Numbered from the stretch's first letter, positions 20,955 through 31,690 are shown. The stretch: DNA of 64,000 nt from Gammaproteobacteria bacterium (GCA_041572275.1 JBFFSQ010000002.1:1983-65982), one strand, 5' to 3'. Notes: a model not told the origin generated them from the sequence alone. Made by a program: numbers and translations.

Positions 20955-21415
20955 GAACGGGCCATTGCCCTTATGGATATGAATGCCTTTTTCGCCTCAG
21001 TCGAAATGCGTGACTTCACCGAACTGTGAGGTCGCCCCATCGCCGTTACCAATGGTATAAAGGGCACCTGCATCATCACATGTTCCTATGAGGCCCGAGC
21101 CCATGGCATTAAAACTGGTATGCGCCTCAATCAGGCCGCCTGGTAGCGCCAGATCTAATTCAGCGCCCCTCTCGCCCCAATATTTATGCCCAGGTATCAG
21201 CCGATATCATGCAGGACTTGAGCAACATCTACCCGGATGTGAAAGTATTTTCTGTCGATGAAGCATTTGTGGATATGACACACATGATGACGTAAATGAA
21301 CGCTACGGAGAAATGTCTCTGATACCCGCTCGGTTGCTAAAACGCTCCAGCATGGCCAATGTCATTGCGCCTTCATGGAAGCTTAATGGACACCGCCAAT
21401 CAATTTAAGTTGTCT
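20955..21415 (+). pseudogene. dinB: Decayed DNA polymerase IV (dinB) pseudogene
   Basis: MDMNAFFASVEMRDFTEL* / GRPIAVTNGIKGTCIITCSYEARAHGIKTGMRLNQAAW* / IMQDLSNIYPDVKVFSVDEAFVDMTHMMT* are in three different frames and colinear with E. coli DinB residues about 1-110; only short degraded remnants follow. Confidence 0.8.
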
Positions 21416-21565
21416 ATAACATCGGCTGTAACACAGGAACCGTGATAGACCAACCTGAAATCATGCGATTCTATTTGTAGTAATTCATAATACAACGAGG
21501 CATAAGAAAAATATCTAACCTTAAAGCACTAAAATTTAGATCAAAGTACTAATAAACTGTTGTAT

Positions 21566-22210
21566 TTAGGCTTCAATTAGACCATTTCGTATAGCCAACC
21601 GGGTCAGGTCGACAATGCTTTTAGCCTGTAACTTATTCATAATATGTGTACGATGATTACTGACAGTTTTAGGACTCAAGTGAAGATCTTCAGATATTTC
21701 GACGACTGTACGACCATCAGCCAGCAAGCAAAAGACTTCAAACTCACGCTCTGATAAACATTTAACTTTTTCATCATCCGATGTATGCGTATCATCTGAG
21801 CTAATATCTTTAATATCTGCACTCAGATAACTCTGACCTTTGATGATTATATCAACGGCCTTAGTTAGTTCTTCAGGTGCACTGCGTTTAGTAACATAAC
21901 CTTTGGCACCTGCTTTTTGGACGCGACTTACATAGGCATGATCATCACGCATACTTAAAACTAGAACTTTTGCATTATTGTCTTTGGCTTGCAAATGTTT
22001 AACACCTTCAAGTCCACCCATACCAGGCATCATAAGATCCATGATAACGGCATCCGGCTTATATTCATTGTATATACTACAAGCCTCTTCAGCTGTATCG
22101 ACTTCACGAATTTCATAATCTGCATCACTTTCAAGCAAGTATCTGAAACCGGCCCGTACTATTGTATGGTCATCAACAAGTAATAACTTTGGTTTATCAT
22201 GTTTTAACAT
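21566..22210 (-). CDS. NarL/FixJ (LuxR)-family response regulator
   Basis: REC domain (LLVDDH...DLMMPGMGG) + C-terminal LuxR HTH (LSEREFEVFCLLADGRTVVEIS). Confidence 0.9.
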   Translation of the reverse strand: MLKHDKPKLLLVDDHTIVRAGFRYLLESDADYEIREVDTAEEACSIYNEYKPDAVIMDLMMPGMGGLEGVKHLQAKDNNAKVLVLSMRDDHAYVSRVQKAGAKGYVTKRSAPEELTKAVDIIIKGQSYLSADIKDISSDDTHTSDDEKVKCLSEREFEVFCLLADGRTVVEISEDLHLSPKTVSNHRTHIMNKLQAKSIVDLTRLAIRNGLIEA

Positions 22211-22225
22211 AATTAATCTCCACCA

Positions 22226-24247
22226 CTATCCTTTTACAATGTGTAAATTATTCAATTTAGTCATTTTTGTATTAAGATCCAGTAGAGCACTGACCTTAAC
22301 ACCGTGACCTTTATCACTGATTATATTCAAGTGCCCTGACAAAGCTGTCACTCGTTCTTTTATACCCTGCAACCCCATTCTCTTTTTTTTCTTTGTACTC
22401 TTTTGTGCAGATATAACATCCATACCAACACCATCATCTTCGACCGACACTAATAATGTATCCTGATTAAATACTAATGAATCGCCATTATCCTTAATCA
22501 CATTCATACTATGAAGCCGTCTATCAGCTACTGTTTTAATTTCACGCTTAATGACTACTTTCACATTTGACGCCATGGCATATTTAGATATATTTGTCAG
22601 ACATTCCTGAATTATTCTATACACGGATATCTTAACCACTTCGTCGAGACTATTAATATCACCAATTATGTTGACTTCACACTTGATTCCCATTGTTTCT
22701 AACTGTGAGCGTTCTACACAATTATATATAGCTTCATCAAAACCAAGACTGTCGATAATATCTGGACGTAGACGATGCATGATATTACTTACAACATCGT
22801 ATAATCGACCAGACAAATCAATAATTGAATTACCCAGACTTCTAATTTCAGAATAAGCATCACCAGCCTGTGTCTTTACAGCTGTAGCAAGGCTTTTTAC
22901 TGCAGTAATAGACTGACCAAGCTCATCATGTAATTCACGTGCTAAATTACGTCTTTCCTCTTCCTGTATTTCAACAAGTCTTTGAGCCAATTTACGATTA
23001 TCATTTAGCAAATGAACCAGTTGCTCTTCACCAAGTTTTTGCTCAGTTATATCAACAGAAAACCCTACAGCACCAAAATTAGTCCAGCTATCGAAAAATA
23101 TAGACGTCAAAAACCACCACGGCCGTCCTTCAAATCGGCCTTTACTTTCGAATATAACAGTCTCACCAGACAGTGCCGAATCGATCATCTTATCCATACC
23201 GACAAATAAACCATAACCAGGCTTTCCAACCCAATCCATATCCTTGACACCCATACGTTGCAAGCCTTTACCTCGAATATCAACGAGTATGCCATTTTTG
23301 TCGATTCTAAAGAAGATAACGGGCATACGACCAAGAATTGAAGAAAATACTTCAACATTGTACTGTATCGCTTTTTTCGCCCTGACTGACTCTGTAACAT
23401 CAGTCGAGGTACCTGTTATTGCAACAACATCTCCAGTATCATCATATTTTGGTTTAGCGCTATACATCATCTGTATTAAGTCGCCATATTTTGTGACATG
23501 ATTTGAAATAACATCAGAAACACTATTACCAGATAAAACCTGAAGTGATACATCAATAAAATCACTAGCTGACTTACTTGACATAAATTCACTATAACGG
23601 CGACCAATCATTTCTGCAGGTCTATAACCATAAATAGCATAACTAGCTTTATTAACGTAGGTAAAATAACCCTGATTATCAATTTCCCAAATTAGATCTT
23701 TTGACGCTTCAACAAGATTTTGATAATCCATCTCCTTCTCTTCGAGAAGACGTGCCGTATGCAGACACTGTAATTGTGAATTTATTTGCTCTACAAAGTG
23801 ACTGGTAATTTCTACGGCGAGCTCTGTATCAACCTGATTAGATCCCGCAAAAAAAACCAGACCTATAATACGTTCCTGAGAATCATATGCAGTAAACGAG
23901 ACCATGGATTCTGCATTTATGGCAGTAAGCAAAGCATCCATCGGAAAGATGGTACAAACATTATTTTTTTCAACAAAGCTTGACGTTTTTACAAGCGTCT
24001 TAATTGTTTCCTGTTCGAGCACTGGAGCGCTACTAATAACATTTTTATTTTGATAATATTCCGCAAGAAGATTAACTGAAAATGATTTTGCAGTAGCCAA
24101 CTCATAAACACACCCATAATGCATGTTGAACGTTTTAGTTATAACTTCAACAAAACGATGAAAGCTATCACTAGCTTTTGCAAAATTTATGTCTTTTGAT
24201 ATCTCAAAAATCAAAACTCCTTTTTCATGTTCATTTAATTGACCCAT
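22226..24247 (-). CDS. Cytoplasmic PAS-domain sensor histidine kinase of the NarX/UhpB (HisKA_3) type
   Basis: Two PAS-like regions, H-box ARELHDELGQSITAVK (HisKA_3), HATPase_c with VEDDGVGM; 4-codon gap to the LuxR regulator. Confidence 0.85.
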   Translation of the reverse strand: MGQLNEHEKGVLIFEISKDINFAKASDSFHRFVEVITKTFNMHYGCVYELATAKSFSVNLLAEYYQNKNVISSAPVLEQETIKTLVKTSSFVEKNNVCTIFPMDALLTAINAESMVSFTAYDSQERIIGLVFFAGSNQVDTELAVEITSHFVEQINSQLQCLHTARLLEEKEMDYQNLVEASKDLIWEIDNQGYFTYVNKASYAIYGYRPAEMIGRRYSEFMSSKSASDFIDVSLQVLSGNSVSDVISNHVTKYGDLIQMMYSAKPKYDDTGDVVAITGTSTDVTESVRAKKAIQYNVEVFSSILGRMPVIFFRIDKNGILVDIRGKGLQRMGVKDMDWVGKPGYGLFVGMDKMIDSALSGETVIFESKGRFEGRPWWFLTSIFFDSWTNFGAVGFSVDITEQKLGEEQLVHLLNDNRKLAQRLVEIQEEERRNLARELHDELGQSITAVKSLATAVKTQAGDAYSEIRSLGNSIIDLSGRLYDVVSNIMHRLRPDIIDSLGFDEAIYNCVERSQLETMGIKCEVNIIGDINSLDEVVKISVYRIIQECLTNISKYAMASNVKVVIKREIKTVADRRLHSMNVIKDNGDSLVFNQDTLLVSVEDDGVGMDVISAQKSTKKKKRMGLQGIKERVTALSGHLNIISDKGHGVKVSALLDLNTKMTKLNNLHIVKG

Positions 24248-24269
24248 AGCTTTATTTTTTCTTAATCAT

Positions 24270-24725
24270 TTAACGAATAGACATCAAAGCATCTGAAAAT
24301 ATTTTAGGTATATCGATAATGGGTATAGGCGCATGTTCGTCATTTGAAAAACATGATATTGAAATCTTCTGCCATAAACTTGAAGAGACTGGAAGATTAC
24401 AGGCATCATCATTAGTTACAGTCTGTAAAGCGGGTGTATCTGCAAGATGCAAACCACCATATTTAAGTCCACCTTTTTTATCCTTGTATACTGCAATTGC
24501 AACCAGATTCCTACGATAAACTAAAGTTGAATCATTTAACCAGGCCGACAAATCTAAAACAGGTATTACCATACTATTCCAGAGTATTACATGGTTACAG
24601 TAACTTGGTGCCTTAGGTACATATATTAATTCTGGATTATCGACAATATGAATTAACTCCATCTGCCCAACTGCTGCTGATAGAACGTGATCTAGTTGCA
24701 TTACCCACGCTGATACACCATTCAT
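24270..24725 (-). CDS. CheW-like coupling protein (ChpC-like)
   Basis: 151 aa; VILWNSMVIPVLDLSAWL resembles the CheW ...IPVvDLr segment. Confidence 0.55.
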   Translation of the reverse strand: MNGVSAWVMQLDHVLSAAVGQMELIHIVDNPELIYVPKAPSYCNHVILWNSMVIPVLDLSAWLNDSTLVYRRNLVAIAVYKDKKGGLKYGGLHLADTPALQTVTNDDACNLPVSSSLWQKISISCFSNDEHAPIPIIDIPKIFSDALMSIR

Positions 24726-24931
24726 AACAATCCCGCTTACTTATAATATATTTTTATGACGATATGTTATCAAGAACAACCGTCGTTTACCTATATTTAT
24801 CACTTTGAAAATGGAAATTCTGTGTTTTCTGGCACAATATCACGTAAATATTGAGTAGAGAGATCTTTTCCTTACGAGAAAGTATCACACTCAACAATTT
24901 ATTGAATAACACAGTAATAGCACTGCAAGCA

Positions 24932-25390
24932 CTAAATTCCTACGTAATTAACTAAACTTGTTGTATCCGTCATCATGCCAAGATGCAGGTCATCATTTTC
25001 TTTCCGGTAAACACAAAATCCGGTTAAAGGCGATCTCTTAACAGACATGCAATCAGGTATATCCTGCAAGGTAAGTCCCGTATATTCTAATTGAACAACC
25101 TCTTTACACATCAATGCAATTCGATAATTATTTTTTTCGAGTATTACACTGGTTACAAAATCAGCAGGCACACGATTCTGAATTTCAAATTCACCATTCA
25201 GGTAAAAACACATGACATCATGATTATTATAATTAATCACACCAACTGCATCCTGTCGATTTTCCAAATAGCCTAATGGTTGTTTATCATTATGTGCGAC
25301 AACTTCATCTTGTGAAACAAAAAGATCTATTCCATTCAGCTTAAGAACCATTAACTGGTTAACTTGCTCATTGGCAACAGCCTTATTCAT
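24932..25390 (-). CDS. CheW-like coupling protein (ChpC-like)
   Basis: 152 aa; LMVLKLNGIDLFVSQDEV resembles the CheW N-terminal beta-strand region; overlaps the chpA stop by 4 nt. Confidence 0.55.
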   Translation of the reverse strand: MNKAVANEQVNQLMVLKLNGIDLFVSQDEVVAHNDKQPLGYLENRQDAVGVINYNNHDVMCFYLNGEFEIQNRVPADFVTSVILEKNNYRIALMCKEVVQLEYTGLTLQDIPDCMSVKRSPLTGFCVYRKENDDLHLGMMTDTTSLVNYVGI

Positions 25391-28300
25391 ATAGCAACAG
25401 CCCCTAACTCAGTATTAATGAGATCAGCCAGTTCTTCCTCAGCAAATGGTTTAACCATAAAATGATTGACACCCTTATCATACGCTGCATTTCTATGCTT
25501 ATCTGTAGATCTTGACGTTATCATTATCACAGGAATATCTTTGAGTTCTGATGAAGCCCTGATATGACTAGTTAACTCAAGCCCATTCATTTTTGGCATT
25601 TCCATATCCACGAGCATGAGATCAGGCTTATAAACATCTATCAATGAAGTTGCTTCCATGCCATCTCTAGCTGTACGCACTTCAAAACCCATGTCCTCGA
25701 CAAATTGAGCAAGTGAACGTCTAGCACTAAGAGAATCATCAACTACGAGAATATGGGGTAATTTTTGTGCTACCTCATGAATTACAGGTATTTCCTGTCT
25801 GGTTGATCTGGAATGTTTATAGCGAGACGCGGTATGTAGTAGTTCAGGTAAATCAACCACAGAAGCAACACTACCATCACCCAGAATTGTAGCACCTACA
25901 ATACCACTGACTTGTGGTAAATATTTACCCATCGGTTTAACAACAACGTTATAACTGTCCATTACATCCTGAACCAGGACAGCAACTTTATTGCCTGACT
26001 CATCCCGCACCAATAAAATAGGTCGATTCTCTCTATCAATAGTACGTCTGTCCTCGTTAAGATTCAGCAATTCATCAAGTATGACTGTTTTATATGACTG
26101 TGCCCCAATCTTGAAATAGGTAACTCCATCATGCTCAAAGAAATCACCTGCACCTGGATATAATATTTCGTCAATACCACGGCTTGAAACCGCATAAATA
26201 TGCTGCTGTGCTCTGACCATTAGTGAATGTGTTGAAAATGAAGAAACCGGTAAAGTCAAATCAAACACGCAACCCTGCCCAGGCTGTGATTCAATTAAAA
26301 TTGAGCCTTTAAGCTCCCTTATCTTAACATTAACAACATCCAGTCCAATACCTCGTCCAGATACTTGAGTAACACCTTCACGTGTGGAAAAACCAGGCTC
26401 TAAAATTAATCGCTTAACTTCGTCATCACTGACGGAATGATCATCTGATATGAGCTGAGACTGTAGTGCCTTTTTATATATTTTATTATTATCGAGACCA
26501 CGTCCATCATCCTTAATGGAAATTTGTATATGATCTCCCTTGCGTGAAAAGCTCAGCCTGATAACACCTGTCGATGGTTTACCAGAAGATAAGCGTTCGT
26601 CAGTTGTTTCGATACCATGGTCAACTGCATTACGTAGAATATGCATTAATGGTTCAATCAGGCCATTAAGGACCTCACTATCCATTCTGGTATCATTATC
26701 TTCAACAAAAAGATCAACTTTTTTTCCTGTCACTCTACATGCTTGTCTAACACCACGCTTGAGGCGGGGAATTATGGTACTAACCAGAACCATCCTAGTA
26801 CGTAGAACCAGCTCCTGATTTTCCTTCTGCAACTGATCATGAGCAATAACCAGGTTGCGTAATTCATTCAGCTCCATTTCGATCACGTTACTATGCTGGG
26901 TAGAGTCAGCCGCAATTTCAATCAAACGGCGACTCACTGAATGCAGTTCATGATATTGATCCATTTCAAGGGGATCAAATTCTTCATTCATTTCCTGGTT
27001 AATATTCGATGTTATCCCCTGCACATCGATTAGATGCTCCAAATCCGCCGATAATTCTTCCAACGCGAGATTATGTTGATGCAAAGCCTCCTGACGAGCC
27101 ATTGAGTTTTTAATATGCTCTTGAACCTGCACTGTTGAAATCATGCTCTCGCCAGCTAGTCTAAGCAGTTCATCAGCAAGCGACGAAGGAATACGTAACA
27201 TGCTTTCTGCCGCAACCGATTCATTTAAAGTAGATTCATTATTCGAAGTCGTACTAGTTACCGATTTAGCTGATAAAGTCGTGAGTGCTTCAAAGTTTTC
27301 CAATGACACAGCATAAGAATCTAAAAAGCCATCGTTATCCAGCCGATTAGCCCAGTCGAGTATAGCTTGGAGTACTTCTACAGCGTTATCGGGTGCTTGA
27401 TCAATACCCAGTAATGCTTCTGACATAGCTTCTAAACAATCTGCAGCCTCAACCAGATCGTCATGTAATTGAGCAGTTGGCAGCTTTTCAGCTTTTGACA
27501 GAGCTTCTAATATATCTTCAAGGTGATGAGTTAAATTAGCAATTCCGGAAATGCCGACAACATTAGCTGCTCCCTTGAGTGTATGTGCGATTCGCTGAGC
27601 TGAATCAAGCGCTTCGAGCTGACCTTCGGCCATATTCTGTAGCGCATGTGAGAACTCTTCTGTTTGACCAGGCAGATCTTGGAGCAGTCCCTCTAACAAC
27701 TCATGATTAACATCTTCGGGCAACTCAATAGAAACATCGTCTGCAGTAGCTAATTGCTGGCGTTGCTCTTTTTCTTCCTCGATAAAAGAGGGATTACGTA
27801 ATTTACGTTCAAGGTCTACCCACTCATCATCCTCAAGTGATCCGAACCAACCATCCAACTTTAAAAACTCAATCAAACTATCAGTAAATGACTGAACAAA
27901 AATGTTTTTGATATAACCCTGAATCAAAACAGGCCAATCAGTAACAAGCTTGAACTGTTTATCGTCCAAGTATTTACCATTATCACTAAGGGTACTGATA
28001 TGATTTGAAATTAAGCGACATACATGAGCTAAGCCTTCAAGCCCGATAAGATCAACAGCATTAGATATATTTTCAGCTTGTTCTGAGTTATTTTTAAGTT
28101 GATGCTGATAGAGCTCGACATCAGTATTAGCTGACTGTAATTTAAAATAGTCGCCTTTTTCTGCAATAATCTCGTCCAGCTCGAGGCATACAAGATCTAG
28201 TAGTTCAAGATGAGCCTGACTAATTGCTTCTGAAGCTTCATTTGATTCGGCAACAGGCTGTGACTCAGAATCACTTAATTCACTTAATGAGATTTCACTT

Positions 28301-29421
28301 TCATCAATGTCAGTAATACTGGTTTCGGCCACCAAAGAATTATCAACATCACCTGTGACTTCTGACTCGATATTATGACTTATCTGATTATCAGCTATCT
28401 CCAACGGTTGGGGCATATCGATGTCATCAAGTGAAGTTGATGTCGTGAGATCTACATCATCATTTATCTCACCATCAGCCATATCCAACGATGGAGACAT
28501 ATCGATGTCATCAAGTGAAATTGCTGTCGTGAGATCTACATCATCATTTATCTCACCAGCAGCCATATCCAACGGTGGAGACATATCAATATCATCAAGT
28601 GAAATTACTGCCGTGAGATCTACATCATCATTCATCTCACCAGCAGCCACCTCCGACGGTGGAGACATATCAATATCATCAAGTGAAATTGCTGTCGTGA
28701 GATCTACATCATCATTTACCTCACCAGCAGCCACCTCCGACGGTGGAGACATATCGATGTCATCAAGTGAAATTGCTGTCGTGAGATCTGCATCATCATT
28801 CATCTCACCAGCAGCCATCTCCGACGGTGGAGACATATCAATATCATCAAGTGAAATTGCTGCAGTGAGATCTGCATCATCATTCATCTCACCAGCAGCC
28901 ATCTCCGATAGTGGAGACATATCAATATCATCAAGTGAAATTGCTTCTGTGACTTCTGGAATATTATTATCTACAACTTTTTTAGTCACAACATCAGGAA
29001 AAATAACACCTGTCAGTAACTTCTCATCTGCATCACTGAGTGGTTTAACCCATTCAGGGCGTTTTAAATAATTAAGCAAGACGCGGCCAGCTATCCTGCT
29101 TTCAGGAAACAAGACAAGATCGGCGAGCAACTGTGGCAGTTTGTTAAGAAACTGGAATTCTGCCGTTGTCAGCTTACGTGATTCAACAATCAGCTCATCA
29201 AGTCCATCAATTAAAATATTAGACAAATCCCAAAGCCCACTTGACCCGGTTTTTAGCCCTAGACTTGCAAACTGTTGTAGTTTGCTTCGATAATTTTCAA
29301 GTGGACCTGCAATTGATGAAGTATCAGTCGGAATAGCTGCAGCCAGATGACCCAGGCCATCTGTAATCTCAGTTACTTCGTCAGTACCTGAATCGATGTT
29401 TTCTAGGTGAGAAGCTGTCAT
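25387..29421 (-). CDS. chpA: ChpA-like chemosensory hybrid histidine kinase (Hpt / acidic repeat linker / HATPase / CheW-like P5 / C-terminal REC)
   Basis: Hpt motif HTLKGAANVVGI; HATPase G-boxes (GRGIGLDVV); P5 CheW-like region; C-terminal receiver ILVVDDS...DLMLVDMEMPKMNG; 1344 aa. Confidence 0.88.
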   Translation of the reverse strand: MTASHLENIDSGTDEVTEITDGLGHLAAAIPTDTSSIAGPLENYRSKLQQFASLGLKTGSSGLWDLSNILIDGLDELIVESRKLTTAEFQFLNKLPQLLADLVLFPESRIAGRVLLNYLKRPEWVKPLSDADEKLLTGVIFPDVVTKKVVDNNIPEVTEAISLDDIDMSPLSEMAAGEMNDDADLTAAISLDDIDMSPPSEMAAGEMNDDADLTTAISLDDIDMSPPSEVAAGEVNDDVDLTTAISLDDIDMSPPSEVAAGEMNDDVDLTAVISLDDIDMSPPLDMAAGEINDDVDLTTAISLDDIDMSPSLDMADGEINDDVDLTTSTSLDDIDMPQPLEIADNQISHNIESEVTGDVDNSLVAETSITDIDESEISLSELSDSESQPVAESNEASEAISQAHLELLDLVCLELDEIIAEKGDYFKLQSANTDVELYQHQLKNNSEQAENISNAVDLIGLEGLAHVCRLISNHISTLSDNGKYLDDKQFKLVTDWPVLIQGYIKNIFVQSFTDSLIEFLKLDGWFGSLEDDEWVDLERKLRNPSFIEEEKEQRQQLATADDVSIELPEDVNHELLEGLLQDLPGQTEEFSHALQNMAEGQLEALDSAQRIAHTLKGAANVVGISGIANLTHHLEDILEALSKAEKLPTAQLHDDLVEAADCLEAMSEALLGIDQAPDNAVEVLQAILDWANRLDNDGFLDSYAVSLENFEALTTLSAKSVTSTTSNNESTLNESVAAESMLRIPSSLADELLRLAGESMISTVQVQEHIKNSMARQEALHQHNLALEELSADLEHLIDVQGITSNINQEMNEEFDPLEMDQYHELHSVSRRLIEIAADSTQHSNVIEMELNELRNLVIAHDQLQKENQELVLRTRMVLVSTIIPRLKRGVRQACRVTGKKVDLFVEDNDTRMDSEVLNGLIEPLMHILRNAVDHGIETTDERLSSGKPSTGVIRLSFSRKGDHIQISIKDDGRGLDNNKIYKKALQSQLISDDHSVSDDEVKRLILEPGFSTREGVTQVSGRGIGLDVVNVKIRELKGSILIESQPGQGCVFDLTLPVSSFSTHSLMVRAQQHIYAVSSRGIDEILYPGAGDFFEHDGVTYFKIGAQSYKTVILDELLNLNEDRRTIDRENRPILLVRDESGNKVAVLVQDVMDSYNVVVKPMGKYLPQVSGIVGATILGDGSVASVVDLPELLHTASRYKHSRSTRQEIPVIHEVAQKLPHILVVDDSLSARRSLAQFVEDMGFEVRTARDGMEATSLIDVYKPDLMLVDMEMPKMNGLELTSHIRASSELKDIPVIMITSRSTDKHRNAAYDKGVNHFMVKPFAEEELADLINTELGAVAI
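28395..28955. repeat. About 6.5 tandem copies of an 84-bp in-frame repeat inside chpA
   Basis: Unit encodes AISLDDIDMSPPSEMAAGEMNDDADLTT (28 aa) with few substitutions between copies; generates the artefactual antisense ORF 28421..29071. Confidence 0.9.
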
Positions 29422-29452
29422 ACGAATCGTATCCTATCCAATACTTCCAGAA

Positions 29453-31672
29453 CTAACCCGCTTCTCGAATAGTATCCATTTCGCCAATTGCAGCTGTTTC
29501 GACAACCTGAACCTCCTCTCCAGGTAACTTGAATACACCAACCGATGTCACCAGTTCAGCTGAATAGCGCACAAGAACATCAGTACTCTTTGTCTGTTCG
29601 AGTAGTTCACGACTGGTTTGAGCGGTCGTCTGCTGAATGACTTTTGCACGTTCAAGCAATTGTTTTGTAATTTCTGCCTGCGACACAGAGCTGTTTGCAA
29701 TATGTTTTACTGAACGTACAAGCTCTGAAGTAGCCTGCTGTGTTTCTTTCATACTATTACTTGCCTGTTCTGCAAGTCGTGTACCTTCAGCCACCTGACT
29801 AATCGCAGCATTCATAGTGGTTACTGTATCAGCAGTTTCGACCCTAATATTATTAACCACTGTTGAGATCTCGAGCGTCGCGTCACGCGCATTCTCAGCC
29901 AGTCGCTGTACCTCCTCGGCAACAACTGCAAATCCTCGACCTGCTTCACCAGCTGAGGCCGCATGCATACTTGCATTAAGCGCAAGAATATGTGTACGTT
30001 CAGAAATACTATTGATCAAACTAACAATACCCGAAATTTCCTGAGAACGTTCACCTAATCGCTTAATTCGTTTCTCAGTTTCACTTATGGTATTTCGAAT
30101 TGTATTAATACCTTCTACAGAAGATAAAACGCTCTCCACAGCTCGCTGTGTATTTTCAATTGTTCTTGTCGCCTGTTCATTTGCATCCTGGGAGTCATTC
30201 GCAATAACAGTCATCGTGTCATATGATTTCTTCAACAACTCAGCCGTGGCCTCAACTTCTTTACGCTCCTTATTAGCTACAGAGATAACATGGTCAGCCT
30301 GTTTTTTAACAGTTGAGGATACTTCTGCGACCTGATTAGATGTTGATTTAACATCCCTCATTATCTTGGCTGTTTCTTTAGCCAGTAAGTTGAGCGAGTC
30401 ACTAATAGCACCGGTAATATCTTCAGAAACAGGAATCTTAGTACCTAGATCCTTATCCTGAGCCAATTTACTTACTGCCTTAATCAATTCGATAACAGAT
30501 TCATTGAGAACTTCACTTTGTTTTTCAGCTTCAGCCAGATTGGCTACACGTTCATCAAGCAGGGTATCGAAAGCATGGGCAAGAGTACCTAGTTCATCGC
30601 GCTGATGCATATGTGTTCGTGCTGTCATATCACCCTGGTTTACTTTTAAAACCGTATCCTGCAATTTACGAATTGGTGAAATTATACTTCTGGCCAACAT
30701 AAACAGGGCAACAGTAACCAACAGTGATGTAACAACCAGTATGCCTATGAAGAAGGTAGTAATCTGCTGACGTTTATCTGCTGATCGCTGTTTGGAGTTT
30801 GCGATAATCGTTTGACTAATTTCAAGCAGCTTTTCGAACAGAGGCTCAATTTGTTTTGCCGCGGTTTTTACATCTTTTTTAAGACTTTTAAGTAAAACTG
30901 TTTTATCTGATATATCACTGAAAACACCATTGTATGAATCAAGCAAACTCAAGGTGTTATTTTTAATGTTAGCCGCTACTTTTGACCGTTTAATACTATC
31001 CTTAAGATCTTCGACATAACTTGAAAACACCTTCTTAAGTCTTGTGTTTTCCTGTTGTAATAATTCATTTTCCAAAGACTTTAGCTCAAGAAAAGAAAGA
31101 CTAAATGACGTATTCTTAATGTTTTTGATAGATTCATCCAGAGACCCCGAAAACCTAATCAAATCAGAAATAAGACCTGTATTTTCATCTAGACCAATAT
31201 CAATCTGGGTTTCAGCCGCCTTGATGAATTTTTCACGGTAATTCTCAAATGCCTCACCGAGATCAGTAACAATCGACAGTTTTTCTTCACCTTTAACAAG
31301 ACTTGTCAGTCCATTCAAATTCTGACTAGCCACAATAATTCGAGTATCAAACTTACCTAATAATATTGGATATTTCTTTAGATAAAACTCACTCTCACTA
31401 TATCTTGCATTCAGAAGATCGACCTGCACCTCATGAATACCAGCCTCGAAAGCAGACATTTTATCATTCAGCGCTAATGATTCAGATTCAACTTTAAGTA
31501 CTTCAGTATATGCCAGACCAATAACACCAAAACCAACTAACAAAGCAATCAAAAGGCCCGTTAATTTATAGGTTATCTTAATATTACTGAGCCCTAAACC
31601 TGCTCGTTTAGCACTTTTTTTGCGGCCCAATTTCATCATGTCTATCCTCCGAAAACAGCTCAGATCAAACAA
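29453..31672 (-). CDS. Methyl-accepting chemotaxis protein (PilJ-like; 2 TM, periplasmic domain, HAMP, MCP signalling domain)
   Basis: LALNASMHAASAGEAGRGFAVVAEEVQRLA highly conserved MCP signalling motif. Confidence 0.9.
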   Translation of the reverse strand: MFDLSCFRRIDMMKLGRKKSAKRAGLGLSNIKITYKLTGLLIALLVGFGVIGLAYTEVLKVESESLALNDKMSAFEAGIHEVQVDLLNARYSESEFYLKKYPILLGKFDTRIIVASQNLNGLTSLVKGEEKLSIVTDLGEAFENYREKFIKAAETQIDIGLDENTGLISDLIRFSGSLDESIKNIKNTSFSLSFLELKSLENELLQQENTRLKKVFSSYVEDLKDSIKRSKVAANIKNNTLSLLDSYNGVFSDISDKTVLLKSLKKDVKTAAKQIEPLFEKLLEISQTIIANSKQRSADKRQQITTFFIGILVVTSLLVTVALFMLARSIISPIRKLQDTVLKVNQGDMTARTHMHQRDELGTLAHAFDTLLDERVANLAEAEKQSEVLNESVIELIKAVSKLAQDKDLGTKIPVSEDITGAISDSLNLLAKETAKIMRDVKSTSNQVAEVSSTVKKQADHVISVANKERKEVEATAELLKKSYDTMTVIANDSQDANEQATRTIENTQRAVESVLSSVEGINTIRNTISETEKRIKRLGERSQEISGIVSLINSISERTHILALNASMHAASAGEAGRGFAVVAEEVQRLAENARDATLEISTVVNNIRVETADTVTTMNAAISQVAEGTRLAEQASNSMKETQQATSELVRSVKHIANSSVSQAEITKQLLERAKVIQQTTAQTSRELLEQTKSTDVLVRYSAELVTSVGVFKLPGEEVQVVETAAIGEMDTIREAG

Positions 31673-31690
31673 TAAATTCGTGATCAGTAT

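Noticed and set aside
24822-24840. TGGCAC-N5-CACG sigma54-like element between the two CheW-like genes
   Set aside because: The -12 element does not match TTGC, and it is on the wrong strand to drive the minus-strand genes
28395-28955. Tandem repeats considered as a possible CRISPR array
   Set aside because: Repeats are contiguous with no unique spacers, are 84 bp long and are in-frame coding sequence of chpA
28421-29071. 216-aa plus-strand ORF made of SSSEIAVVRSTSSFISPAAIS repeats
   Set aside because: It is the antisense reading of the 84-bp repeats inside chpA; the repetitive low-complexity translation is an artefact of the repeat
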